Positions 25,801 to 37,800 of a stretch of DNA of 64,000 nucleotides are shown here, piece after piece. The translations under genes were made by a program, and so were the position numbers. The DNA comes from Eledone cirrhosa. Lineage: Eukaryota. The notes beneath the pieces were generated by a model, which searched no databases, was not told the origin of the DNA, and saw only the letters and a program-made list of their open reading frames with translations. The stretch spans positions 201,314,001 to 201,378,000 of the forward strand of contig OZ024743.1 of assembly GCA_964016885.1 (NCBI GenBank), written 5' to 3'. Position 1 is the first letter of the stretch, and every line of letters starts with the position of its first letter.

Positions 25801-28800
25801 TGGTGCTGTTGTTGGTGGTGCTGTTGTTGTTGGTGGTGCTGTTGTTGGTGGTGGGGCTGTTGTTGGTGGTGGTGCTGTTGTTGGTGGTGGTGCTGTTGTT
25901 GGTGGTGGTGTTGTTGGTGGTGGAGCTGTTGTTGGTGGTGGTGCTGTTGTTGTTGGTAGGGCTGTTGTTGTTGGTGGTGCTGTTGTTGGTGGTGGAGCTG
26001 TTGTTGGTGGTGGTGTTGTTGTTGGTGGTGGTGTTGTTGGTGGTGGAGCTGTTGTTGGTGGTGGTGCTGTTGGTGGTGGTGCTGTTGTTGTTGGTGGTGC
26101 TGTTGTTGGTGGTGGTGCTGTTGTTGGTGGTGGTGCTGTTGTTGTTGGTGGTGCTGTTGTTGGTGGTGCTGTTGTTGTTGGTGGTGCTGTTGTTGGTGGT
26201 GGTGCTGTTGTTGTTGGTGGTGCTGTTGTTGGTGGTGCTGTTGTTGTTGGTGGTGCTGTGGTTGGTGGTGGTGCTGTTGTTGGTGGTGGTGTTGTTGGTG
26301 GTGGTGCTGTTGTTGTTGGTGGTGCTGTTGTTGGTGGTGCTGTTGTTGTTGGTGGTGCTGTGGTTGGTGGTTCTGCTGTTGTTGGTGGTGGTGTTTTTGG
26401 TGGTGGTGCTGTTGGTGGTGGTGCTGTTGTTGTTGGTGGTGCTGTTGTTGTTGGTGGTGCTGTTGTTGGTGGTGGTGCTGTTGTTGGTGGTGGTGCTGTT
26501 GTTGGTGGTGGTGCTGTTGTTGGTGGTGGTGCTGTTGTTGTTGGTGGTGCTGTTGTTGGTGGTGGAGCTGTTGTTGGTGGTGGTGTTGTTGTTGGTGGTG
26601 CTGTTGTTGATGTTCGTGGTGCTGTTGTTGGTGGTGGTGCTGTTGTTGGTGGTGGTGCTGTTGTTGTTGGTGGGGCTGTTGTTGTTGGTGGTGCTGTTGT
26701 TGGTGGTGGAGATGTTGTTGGTGGTGGTGCTGTTGTTGGTGGTGGTGCTGTTGTTGGTGGTGGTGCTGTTGTTGGTGGTGGTGCTGTTGTTGGTGGTGGT
26801 GCTGTTGTTGGTGGTGGGGCTGTTGTTGTTGGTGGTGTTGTTGTTGGTGGTGGTGCTGTTGTTGGTGGTGGGGCTGTTGTAGGAGGTGGTGCTGTTGTTG
26901 TTGGTGGTGGTGTTGTTGTTGGTGGTGGGGCTGTTGTAGGAGGTGGTGCTGTTGTTGTTGGTGGTGGTGTTGTTGTTGGTGGTGCTGTTGTTGGTGGTGG
27001 TGCTGTTGTTGGTGGTGGTGTTGTTGTTGTTGGTGGTGCTGTTGTTGGTGGTGGTGCTGTTGTTGGTGGTGGTGCTGTTGTTGGTGGTGGTGCTGTTGGT
27101 GGTGGTGCTGTTGTTGGTGGTGGTGCTGTTGTTGTTGGTGGTGCTGTTGTTGGTGTTGCTGTTGTTGGTGGTCGTGCTGTTGTTGGTGGTGGTGCTGTTG
27201 TTGGTGGTGGTGCTGTTGGTGGTGGTGCTGTTGTTGGTGGTGGTGCTGTTGTTGGGGGTGCTGTTGGTGGTGGTGCTGTTGTTGGTGGTGGTGGTGCTGT
27301 TGTTGGGGGTGGTGCTGTTGTTGTTGGTGGTGGTGCTGTTGTTGTTGGTGGGGCTGTTGTAGGAGGTGGTGCTGTTGTTGTTGGTGGTGGTGTTGTTGTT
27401 GGTGGTGCTGTTGTTGGTGGTGGTGCTGTTGTTGGTGGTGGTGTTGTTGTTGTTGGTGGTGCTGTTGTTGGTGGTGGTGCTGTTGTTGGTGGTGGTGCTG
27501 TTGTTGGTGGTGGTGCTGTTGGTGGTGGTGCTGTTGTTGGTGGTGGTGCTGTTGTTGTTGGTGGTGCTGTTGTTGGTGTTGCTGTTGTTGGTGGTGGTGC
27601 TGTTGTTGGTGGTGGTGCTGTTGTTGGTGGTGGTGCTGTTGGTGGTGGTGCTGTTGTTGGTGGTGGTGCTGTTGTTGGTGGTGCTGTTGGTGGTGGTGCT
27701 GTTGTTGGTGGTGGTGGTGCTGTTGCTGGGGGTGGTGCTGTTGTTGTTGGTGGTGCTGTTGTGGGTGGTGGTGCTGTTGTTGGTGGTGGTGCTGTTATTG
27801 GTGGTGGTGCTGTTGTGGGTGGTGGTGCTGTTGTTGGTGGTGCTGTTGTTGGTGGTGTTGTTGTTGTTGTTGGTGGTGCTGTTGTTGGGGGTGGTGCTGT
27901 TGTTGTTGGTGGTGCTGTTGTGGGTGGTGGTGCTGTTGTTGGTGGTGGTGCTGTTATTGGTGGTGGTGCTGTTGTTGGTGGTGGTGCTGTTGTTGGTGGT
28001 GGTGCTGTTGTGGGTGGTGGTGCTGTTGTTGGTGGTGCTGTTGTTGGTGGTGGTGTTGTTGTTGTTGGTGGTGCTGTTGTTGGGGGTGGTGCTGTTGTTG
28101 TTGGTGGTGCTGTTGTGGGTGGTGGTGCTGTTGTTGGTGGTGGTGCTGTTATTGGTGGTGGTGCTGTTGTTGGTGGTGGTGCTGTTCTTGGTGGTGGTGC
28201 TGTTGGTGGTGGTGCTGTTGTTGGTGGTGGTGCTGTTGTTGGTGGTGGTGCTGTTGGTGGTGGTGCTGTAGTTGTTGGTGGTGGTGCTGTTGTTGGTGGT
28301 GGTGTTGTTGTTGGTGGTGGTGCTGTTGTTGGTGGTGCTGTTGTTGGTGGTGGTGCTGTTGGTGGTGGTGGTGCTGTTGGTGGTGGTGGTGCTGTTGTTG
28401 GTGGTGCTGTTGTTGTTGGTGGTGCTGTTGGTGGTGGTGCTGTTGTTGTTGGTGGTGGTGTTGTTGTTGGTGGTGGTGCTGTTGTTGGTGGTGGTGCTGT
28501 TGTTGTTGTTGCTGTTGTTGGTGGTGCTGTTGTTGGTGGTGGTGCTGTTGTTGGTGGTGCTGTTGTTGGTGGTGCTGTTGTTGGTGGTGGTGCTGTTGTT
28601 GTTGGTGGTGCTGTTGTTGTTGGTGCTGTTGTTGGTGGTGGTGCTATTGTAGTTGGTGGTGCTGTTGGTGGTGGTGGTGCTGTTGGTGGTGGTGGTGCTG
28701 TTGTTGGTGGTGGTGATGTTGTTGTTGGTGGTGCTGTTGTTGGTGGTGCTGTTGTTGGTGGTGGTGCTGTTGGTGGTGGTGGTGCTGTTGGTGGTGGTGG

Positions 28801-31800
28801 TGCTGTTGGTGGTGGTGGTGCTGTTGTTGGTGGTGGTGCTGTTGTTGTTGGTGGTGCTGTTGTTGGTGGTGCTGTTGTTGTTGGTGGTGCTGTTGTTGTT
28901 GGTGGTGCTGTTGTTGTTGGTGGTGCTGTTGTTGTTGGTGGTGCTGTTGTTGGTGGTGCTGTTGTTGGTGGTGGTGCTGTTGTTGGTGGTGCTGTTGTTG
29001 GTGGTGCTGTTGTTGGTGGTGGTGCTGTTGTTGGTGGTGCTGTTGTTGGTGGTGCTGTTGTTGTTGGTGGTGCTGTTGTTGGTGGTGCTGTTGTTGGTGG
29101 TGGTGCTGTTGTTGTTGGTGGTGCTGTTGTTGTTGGTGGTGCTGTTGTTGGTGGTGCTGTTGTTGGTGGTGGTGCTGTTGGTGGTGATGCTGTTGTTGGT
29201 GGTGGTGCTGTTATTGGTGGTGGTGCTGTTGTTGGTGGTGGTGCTGTTGTTGGTGGTGGTGCTGTTGGTGGTGGCGGTGCTGTTGTTGGTGGTGGTGCTG
29301 TTGTTGTTGGTGGTGCTGTTGTTGGTGGTGGTGCTGTTGTTGGTGGTGGTGCTGTTGTTGGTGGTGGTGCTGTTGTTGGTGGTGGTGCTGTTGTTGTTGG
29401 TGGTGCTGTTGTTGTTGGTGGTGCTGTTGTTGGTGGTGGGGCTGTTGTTGGTGGTGGTGGTGTTGTTGTTGGTGGTGCTGTTGTTGGTGGTGGTGCTGTT
29501 GTTGGTGGTGCTGTTGTTGGTGGTGGTGCTGTTGTTGGTGGTGTTGCTGTTGTTGGTGGTGGTGCTGTTGTTGGTGGTGGTGTTGTTGGTGGTGGTGCTG
29601 TTGGTGGTGGTGCTGTAGTTGGTGGTGCTGTTGTTGGTGGTGGTGCTGTTATTGGTGGTGTTGCTGTTGTTGGTGGTGGTGCTGTTGTTGGTGGTGGTGT
29701 TTTTGGTGGTGGTGCTGTTGGTGGTGTTGGTGCTGTTGGTGGTGGTGGTGCTGTTGTTGTTGGTGGTGATGTTGTTGGTGGTGGTGCTGTTGTTGGTGGT
29801 GGTGCTGTTGTTGGTGGTGGTGCTGTTGTTGGTGGTGGTGCTGTTGTTGGTGGTGGTGCTGTTGTTGGTGGTGGTGCTGTTGGTGGTGGTGCTGTAGTTG
29901 GTGGTGCTGTTGTTGGTGGTGGTGGTGTTGTTGTTGGTGGTGGTGTTGTTGTTGTTGGTGGTGCTGTTATTGGTGGTGTTGCTGTTGTTGGTGGTGGTGC
30001 TGTTGTTGGTGGTGTTTTTGGTGGTGGTGCTGTTGGTGGTGTTGGTGCTGTTGGTGGTGGTGGTGCTGTTGTTGTTGGTGGTGATGTTGTTGGTGGTGGT
30101 GCTGTTGTTGGTGGTGGTGCTGTTGTCGGTGGTGGTGCTGATGGTGGTGGTGCTGTTGTTGGTGGTGGTGCTGTTGTTGGTGGTGGTGCTGTTGGTGGTG
30201 GTGCTGTAGTTGGTGGTGGTGCTGTTATTGGTGGTGTTGCTGTTGTTGGTGGTGGTGCTGTTGTTGGTGGTGCTGTTGTTGGTGGTGCTGTTGTTGGTGG
30301 TGGTGCTGTTGTTGGTGGTGGTGTTGTTGTTGGTGGTGCTGTTGTTGTTGGTGGTGTTGTTGTTGGTGGTGCTGTTGGTGGTGTTGGTGCTGTTGTTGGT
30401 GGTGGTGCTGTTGTTGTTGGTGGTGTTGTTGTTGTTGGTGGTGCTGTTGTTGGTGGTGGTGCTGTTGTTGTTGGTGGTGTTGTTGTTGGTGGTGCTGTTG
30501 TTGGTGGTGGTGCTGTTGTTGTTGGTGGTGTTGTTGTTGGTGTTGCTGTTGTTGGTGGTGGTGCTGTTGTTGGTGGTGGTGTTGTTGGTGGTGGTGCTGT
30601 TGGTGGTGTTGGTGCTGTTGGTGGTGGTGGTGCTGTTGTTGTTGGTGGTGATGTTGTTGGTGGTGGTGCTGTTGTTGGTGGTGGTGCTGTTGTTGGTGGT
30701 GGTGCTGTTGGTGGTGGTGCTGTTGTTGGTGGTGGTGCTGTTGTTGGTGGTGGTGCTGTTGGTGGTGGTGCTGTAGTTGGTGGTGGTGCTGTTATTGGTG
30801 GTGTTGCTGTTGTTGGTGGTGGTGCTGTTGTTGGTGGTGCTGTTGTTGGTGGTGCTGTTGTTGGTGGTGGTGCTGTTGTTGGTGGTGGTGTTGTTGTTGG
30901 TGGTGCTGTTGTTGTTGGTGGTGTTGTTGTTGGTGGTGCTGTTGGTGGTGTTGGTGCTGTTGTTGGTGGTGGTATTGTTGTTGGTGGTGGTGCTGTTGTT
31001 GTTGGTGGTGCTGTTGTTGTTGGTGGTGCTGTTGTTGGTGGTGGTGCTGTTGTTGTTGGTGGTGTTGTTGTTGGTGGTGCTGTTGTTGGTGGTGGTGCTG
31101 TAGTTGGTGGTGGTGCTGTTATTGGTGGTGTTGCTGTTGTTGGTGGTGGTGCTGTTGTTGGTGGTGCTGTTGTTGTTGGTGGTGCTGTTGTTGGTGGTGG
31201 TGCTGTTGTTGTTGGTGGTGTTGTTGTTGTTGGTGGTGTTGTTGTTGTTGGTGGTGCTGTTGTTGTTGGTGGTGTTGTTGTTGGTGGTGCTGTTGTTGGT
31301 GGTGGTGGTATTGTTGGTGGTGGTGGTGCTGTTGTTGTTGGTGGTGTTGTTGTTGTTGGTGGTGCTGTTGTTGGTGGTGGTGCTGTTGTTGTTGGTGGTG
31401 CTGTTGTTGGTGGTGCTGTTGTTGTTGGTGGTGCTGTTGTTGGTGGTGGTGCTGTTGTTGTTGGTGGTGTTGTTGTTGTTGGTGGTGTTGTTGTTGTTGG
31501 TGGTGCTGTTGTTGTTGGTGGTGTTGTTGTTGGTGGTGCTGTTGGTGGTGTTGGTGCTGTTGTTGGTGGTGGTGCTGTTGTTGTTGGTGGTGCTGTTGTT
31601 GTTGGTGGTGATGTTGTTGGTGGTGGTGATGTTGTTGGTGGTGGTGCTGTTGTTGTTGGTGCTGTTGGTGGTGGTGGTGCTGTTGTTGTTGGTGGTGATG
31701 TTGTTGTTGGTGGTGATGTTGTTGGTGGTGATGTTGTTGGTGGTGGTGATGTTGTTGGTGGTGGTGCTGTTGTTGGTGGTGGTGCTGTTGTTGGTGGTGC

Positions 31801-34800
31801 TGTTGTTGGTGGTGGTGTTGTTGTTGGTGGTGCTGTTGTTGGTGGTGGTGATGTTGTTGGTGGTGGTGCTGTTGGTGGTGGTGGTGCTGTTGTTGTTGGT
31901 GGTGATGTTGTTGGTGGTGGTGCTGTTGTTGTTGGTGGTGCTGTTGTTGGTGGTGGTGCTGTTGTTGGTGGTGGTGCTGTTATTGGTGGTGGTGCTGTTG
32001 TTGTTGGTGGTGGTGTTGTTGGTGGTGGTGATGTTGTTGTTGGTGGTGCTGTTGTTGGTGGTGGTGCTGTTGTTGGTGGTGGTGTTGTTGTTGGTGGTGC
32101 TGTTGTTGGTGGTGGTGTTGTTGGTGGTGGTGCTGTTGTTGGTGGTGGTGCTGTTGTTGGTGGTGCTGTTGTTGGTGGTGGTGCTGTTGTTAGTGGTGGT
32201 GGTGGTGTTGTTGGTGGTGGTGCTGTTGTTGTTGGTGGTGGTGGTGTTGTTGGTGGTGGTGTTGTTGTTGGTGGTGCTGTTGGTGGTGGTGTTGTTGTTG
32301 GTGGTGCTGTTGTTGGTGGTGGTGTTGTTGGTGGTGGTGCTGTTGTTGGTGGTGGTGCTGTTGTTAGTGGTGGTGGTGGTGTTGTTGGTGGTGGTGCTGT
32401 TGTTGGTGGTGCTGTGGTTGGTGGTGGTGATGTTGTTGGTGGTGGTGCTGTTGTTGGTGGTGGTGCTGTTTTTGGTGGTGGTGTTGTTGTTGGTGGTGCT
32501 GTTGGTGGTGGTGCTGTTGTTGGTGGTGGTGCTGTTGTTGGTGGTGCTGTTGTTGGTGGTGGTGCTGTTGTTGGTGGTGGTGCTGTTGTTGGTGGTGCTG
32601 TTGTTGGTGGTGGTGCTGTTGTTGGTGGTGGTGCTGTTGTTGGTGGTGGTGCTGTTGTTGGTGGTGCTGTTGTTGGTGGTGGTGCTGTTGTTGGTGGTGC
32701 TGTTGTTGGTGGTGGTGCTGTTGTTGGTGGTGGTGCTGTTGTTGGTGGTGGTGCTGTTGTTGGTGGTGGAGATGTTGTTGGTGGTGGTGCTGTTGTTGGT
32801 GGTGGTGCTGTTGTTGTTGGTGGGGCTGTTGTTGTTGGTGGTGCTGTTGTTGTTGGTGGTGCTGTTGTTGGTGGTGGTGCTGTTGTTGTTGGTGGTGCTG
32901 TTGTTGTTGGTGGTGCTGTTGTTGGTGGTGGTGCTGTTGTTGTTGGTGGTGCTGTTGTTGGTGGTGCTGTTGTTGGTGGTGCTGTTGTTGTTGGTGGTGG
33001 TGTTGTTGGTGTTGTTGGTGGTGCTGTTGTTGGTGGTGCTGTTGTTGTTGGTGGTGCTGTTGTTGGTGGTGGTGCTGTTGTTGTTGGTGGTGCTGTTTTT
33101 GGTGGTGGTGCTGTTGTTGTTGGTGGTGCTGTTGTTGGTGGTGGTGCTGTTGTTGGTGGTGGTGCTGTTGTTGGTGGTGGTGTTGTTGGTGGTGCTGGTG
33201 TTGGTGTTGGTGGTGGTGCTGTTGTTGGTGGTGGTGCTGTTGTTGTTGGTGGTGGTGCTGTTGGTGGTGGTGCTGTTGTTGGTGGTGCTGTTGTTGGTGG
33301 TGGTGCTGTTGTTGTTGGTGGTGCTGTTGTTGGTGGTGGTGTTGTTGGTGTTGTTGGTGGTGCTGTTGTTGGTGGTGCTGTTGTTGTTGGTGGTGCTGTT
33401 GTTGGTGGTGGTGCTGTTGTTGTTGGTGGTGCTGTTGTTGGTGGTGGTGCTGTTGTTGTTGGTGGTGCTGTTGTTGGTGGTGGTGCTGTTGTTGGTGGTG
33501 GTGCTGTTGTTGGTGGTGGTGTTGTTGGTGGTGCTGGTGTTGGTGTTGGTGGTGGTGCTGTTGTTGGTGGTGGTGCTGTTGTTGTTGGTGGTGGTGCTGT
33601 TGGTGGTGGTGCTGTTGTTGGTGGTGCTGTTGTTGGTGGTGGTGCTGTTGTTGTTGGTGGTGCTGTTGTTGTTGGTGGTGCTGTTGTTGGTGGTGGTGCT
33701 GTTGTTGGTGGTGCTGTTGGTGGTAGTGCTGTTGTTGGTGGTGCTGTTGTTGGTGGTGGTGCTGTTGTTGTTGGTGGTGTTGTTGTTGGTGGTGCTGTTG
33801 GTGGTGGTGCTGTTGTTGGTGGTGGTGCTGTTGTTGGTGGTGCTGTTGTTAGTGGTGGTGCTGTTGTTGGTGGTGGTGCTGTTGTTGGTGGTGGTGTTGT
33901 TGTTGGTGGTGGTGCTGTTGTTGGTGGTGGTGCTGTTGTTGTTGGTGGTGCTGTTGTTGGTGGTGGGGCTGTTGTTGGTGGTGGTGCTGTTGTTGGTGGT
34001 GCTGATGTTGGTGGTGGTGCTGTTGTTGGTGGTGGTGCTGTTGTTGTTGTTGGTGGTGCTGTTGTTGGTGGTGGTGCTGTTGTTGTTGGTGGTGCTGTTG
34101 TTGGTGGTGGTGCTGTTGTTGTTGGTGGTGCTGTTGTTGGTGGTGGTGCTGTTGTTGGTGGTGGTGGTGGTGGTGCTGTTGTTGTTGGTGGTGCTGTTGT
34201 TGGTGGTGGTGGTGTTGTTGTTGGTGGTGGTGCTGTTGTTAGTGGTGTTGTTGTTGGTGGTGGTGTTGCTGTTGTTGTTGGTGGTGCTGTTGTTGGTGGT
34301 GGTGCTGTTGTTGTTGGTGGTGCTGTTGTTGGTGGTGGTGCTGTTGTTGTTGGTGGTGCTGTTGTTGGTGGTGGTGCTGTTGTTGTTGGTGGTGCTGTTG
34401 TTGGTGGTGGTGCTGTTGTTGGTGGTGGAGCTGTTGTTGGTGGTGCTGTTGTTGTTGGTGGTGCTGTTGTTGGTGGTGGTGGTGTTGTTGTTGGTGGTGG
34501 TGCTGTTGTTAGTGGTGTTGTTGTTGGTGGTGGTGTTGCTGTTGTTGTTGGTGGTGCTGTTGTTGGTGGTGGTGCTGTTGTTGGTGGTGGTGCTGTTGTT
34601 GGTGGTGGTGCTGTTGTTGTTGGTGGTGCTGTTGTTGTTGGTGGTGCTGTTGTTGTTGGTGTTGTTGGTGGTGGTGCTGTTGTTGTTGGTGGTGGTGTTG
34701 TTGTTGGTGGTGATGTTGTTGTTGGTGGTGGTGTTGCTGTTGTTGTTGGTGGTGCTGTTGTTGTTGGTGGTGCTGTTGTTGTTGGTGGTGGTGCTGTTGT

Positions 34801-37800
34801 TGGTGGTGCTGTTGTTGGTGGTGGTGCTGTTGTTGGTGGTGGTGCTGTTGTTGTTGGTGGTGGTGGTGGTGCTGTTGTTGGTGATGCTGTTGTTGGTGGT
34901 GCTGTTGTTGGTGGTGCTGTTGTTGGTGGTGGTGCTGTTGTTGTTGGTGGTGGTGGTGGTGCTGTTGTTGGTGGTGCTGTTGTTGGTGGTGGTGCTGTTG
35001 TTGGTGGTGGTGCTGTTGTTGTTGGTGTTGCTGTTGTTGTTGGTGGTGCTGTTGTTGTTGGTGGTGCTGTTGTTGTTGGTGTTGTTGGTGGTGGTGCTGT
35101 TGTTGGTGGTGGTGCTGTTGTTGTTGGTGGTGGTGGTGGTGCTGTTGTTGGTGTTGATGTTGTTGTTGGTGGTGCTGTTGTTGTTGGTGGTGCTGTTGTT
35201 GTTGGTGGTGCTGTTGTTGTTGGTGGTGCTGTTGTTGTTGGTGGTGTTGTTGGTGGTGGTGCTGTTGTTGTTGGTGGTGGTGGTGGTGGTGCTGTTGTTG
35301 GTGGTGGTGCTGTTGTTGGTGGTGGTGGTGGTGGTGCTGTTGTTGGTGATGCTGTTGTTGGTGGTGCTGTTGTTGGTGGTGCTGTTGTTGGTGGTGGTGC
35401 TGTTGTTGTTGGTGGTGGTGGTGGTGCTGTTGTTGGTGGTGCTGTTGTTGGTGGTGGTGCTGTTGTTGGTGGTGCTGTTGTTGTTGGTGTTGTTGGTGGT
35501 GGTGCTGTTGTTGGTGGTGGTGCTGTTGGTGGTGGTGGTGGTGGTGTTGTTGGTGCTGTTGTTGTTGGTGGTGCTGTTGTTGGTGGTGGTGCTGTTGTTG
35601 GTGGTGGTGCTGTTGTTTGTGGTGGTGATGTTGTTTATGGTGCTGTTGTTGTTGGTGGTGCTGTTGTTGGTGGTGGTACTGTTGTTGGTGGTGGTGCTGT
35701 TGTTGGTGGTGGTGCTGTTGTTGGTGGTGCTGTTGTTGTTGGTGGTGCTGTTGTTGGTGGTGGTGCTGTTGTTGGTGGTGGTGCTGTTGTTGGTGGTGCT
35801 GTTGTTGTTGATGGTGCTGTTGTTGGTGGTGGTGCTGTTGTTGGTGGTGGTGATGTTGTTGATGGTGCTGTTGTTGTTGATGGTGCTGTTGTTGGTGGTG
35901 GTGCTGTTGTTGGTGGTGGTGCTGTTGTTGTTGTTGGTGCTGTTGTTGTTGGTGGTGCTGTTGTTGTTGGTGCTGTTGTTGGTGGTGGTGCTGTTGTTGG
36001 TGGTGCTGTTGTTGGTGGTGGTGCTGTTGTTGGTGGTGGTGCTGTTGTTGGTGGTGGTGCTGTTGTTGGTGGTGGTGCTGTTGGTGGTGGTGCTGTTGTT
36101 GGTGGTGGTGCTGTTGTTGGTGGTGGTGCTGTTGTTGGTGGTGGTGCTGTTGTTGGTGGTGCTGTTGTTGGTGGTGGTGCTGTTGTTGGTGGTGCTGTTG
36201 TTGGTGGTGGTGCTGTTGTTGGTGGTGGTGGTGGTGGTGGTGCTGTTGTTGGTGCTGTTGTTGGTGGTGGTGCTGTTGTTGTTGGTGGTGCTGTTGTTGG
36301 TGGTGCTGTTGTTGTTGATGATGCTGTTGTTGGTGGTGGTACTGTTGTTGGTGGTGGTGCTGTTGTTGGTGGTGCTGTTAGTGGTGGTGGTGCTGTTGTT
36401 GGTGGTGGTGCTGTTGTTGGTGGTGGTGCTGTTGTTGTTGGTGGTGCTGTTGTTGGTGGTGCTGTTGTTGTTGATGGTGCTGTTGTTGGTGGTGGTGCTG
36501 TTGTTGGTGGTGGTGCTGTTGGTGGTGGTGGTGCTGTTGTTGGTGGTGGTGGTGGTGGTGCTGTTGTTGGTGCTGTTGTTGGTGGTGGTGATGTTGTTGA
36601 TGGTGCTGTTGTTGTTGATGGTGCTGTTGTTGGTGGTGGTGCTGTTGGTGGTGGTGGTGCTGTTGTTGGTGGTGGTGGTGGTGGTGCTGTTGTTGGTGCT
36701 GTTGTTGGTGGTGGTGCTGTTGTTGTTGGTGGTGCTGTTGTTGGTGGTGGTGGTGCTGTTGTTGGTGGTGGTGCTGTTGTTGGTGGTGGTGGTGTTGTTG
36801 TTGTTGGTGGTGGTGGTGGTGGTGGTGTTGTTGTTGGTGGTGCTGTTGTTGTTGGTGGTGTTGTTGTTGGTGGTGCTGTTTTTGGTGGTGGTGCTGTTGT
36901 TGTTGGTGGTGCTGTTGTTGTTGGTGGTGCTGTTGTTGTTGGTGGTGCTGTTGTTGTTGGTGGTGTTGTTGTTGGTGGTGCTGTTGTTGTTGGTGGTGGT
37001 GGTGGTGGTGGTGTTGTTGTTGGTGGTGCTGTTGTTGGTGGTGGTGCTGTTTTTGGTGGTGGTGCTGTTGTTGTTGGTGGTGCTGTTGTTGTTGGTGGTG
37101 TTGTTGTTGGTGGTGGTGTTGTTGGTGGTGGTGCTGTTGTTGGTGGTGCTGTTGTTGGTGGTGCTGTTGTTGTTGGTGTTGTTGGTGGTGCTGTTGTTGG
37201 TGGTGCTGTTGTTGGTGGTGGTGGTGCTGTTGTTGGTGGTGCTGTTGTTGGTGGTGGTGGTGTTGTTGTTGGTGGTGGTGCTGTTGTTGGTGGTGGTGCT
37301 GTGGTTGGTGGTGGTGCTGTTGTTGGTGGTGGTGGTGGTGGTGGTGTTGTTGGTGGTGCTGTGGTTGGTGGTGGTGCTGTTGTTGGTGGTGGTGCTGTTG
37401 TTGTTGGTGGTGCTGTTGTTGGTGTTGGTGCTGTTGTTGGTGGTGGTGCTGTTGTTGTTGGTGGTGCTGTTGTTGGTGATGTTGTTGTTGGTGGTGGTGT
37501 TGCTGTTGTTGTTGGTGGTGCTGTTGTTGGTGGTGGTGCTGTTGTTGTTGGTGGTGCTGTTGTTGTTGGTGTTGTTGTTGGTGGTGCTGTTGTTGTTGGT
37601 GGTGGTGTTGTTGTTGGTGGTGCTGTTGTTGTTGGTGGTGCTGTTGTTGGTGGTGGTGCTGTTGTTGTTGGTGGTGCTGTTGTTGGTGATGTTGTTGTTG
37701 GTGGTGGTGTTGCTGTTGTTGTTGGTGGTGCTGTTGTTGGTGGTGGTGCTGTTGTTGGTGGTGGTGCTGTTGTTGGTGGTGGTGCTGTTGTTGATGGTGT

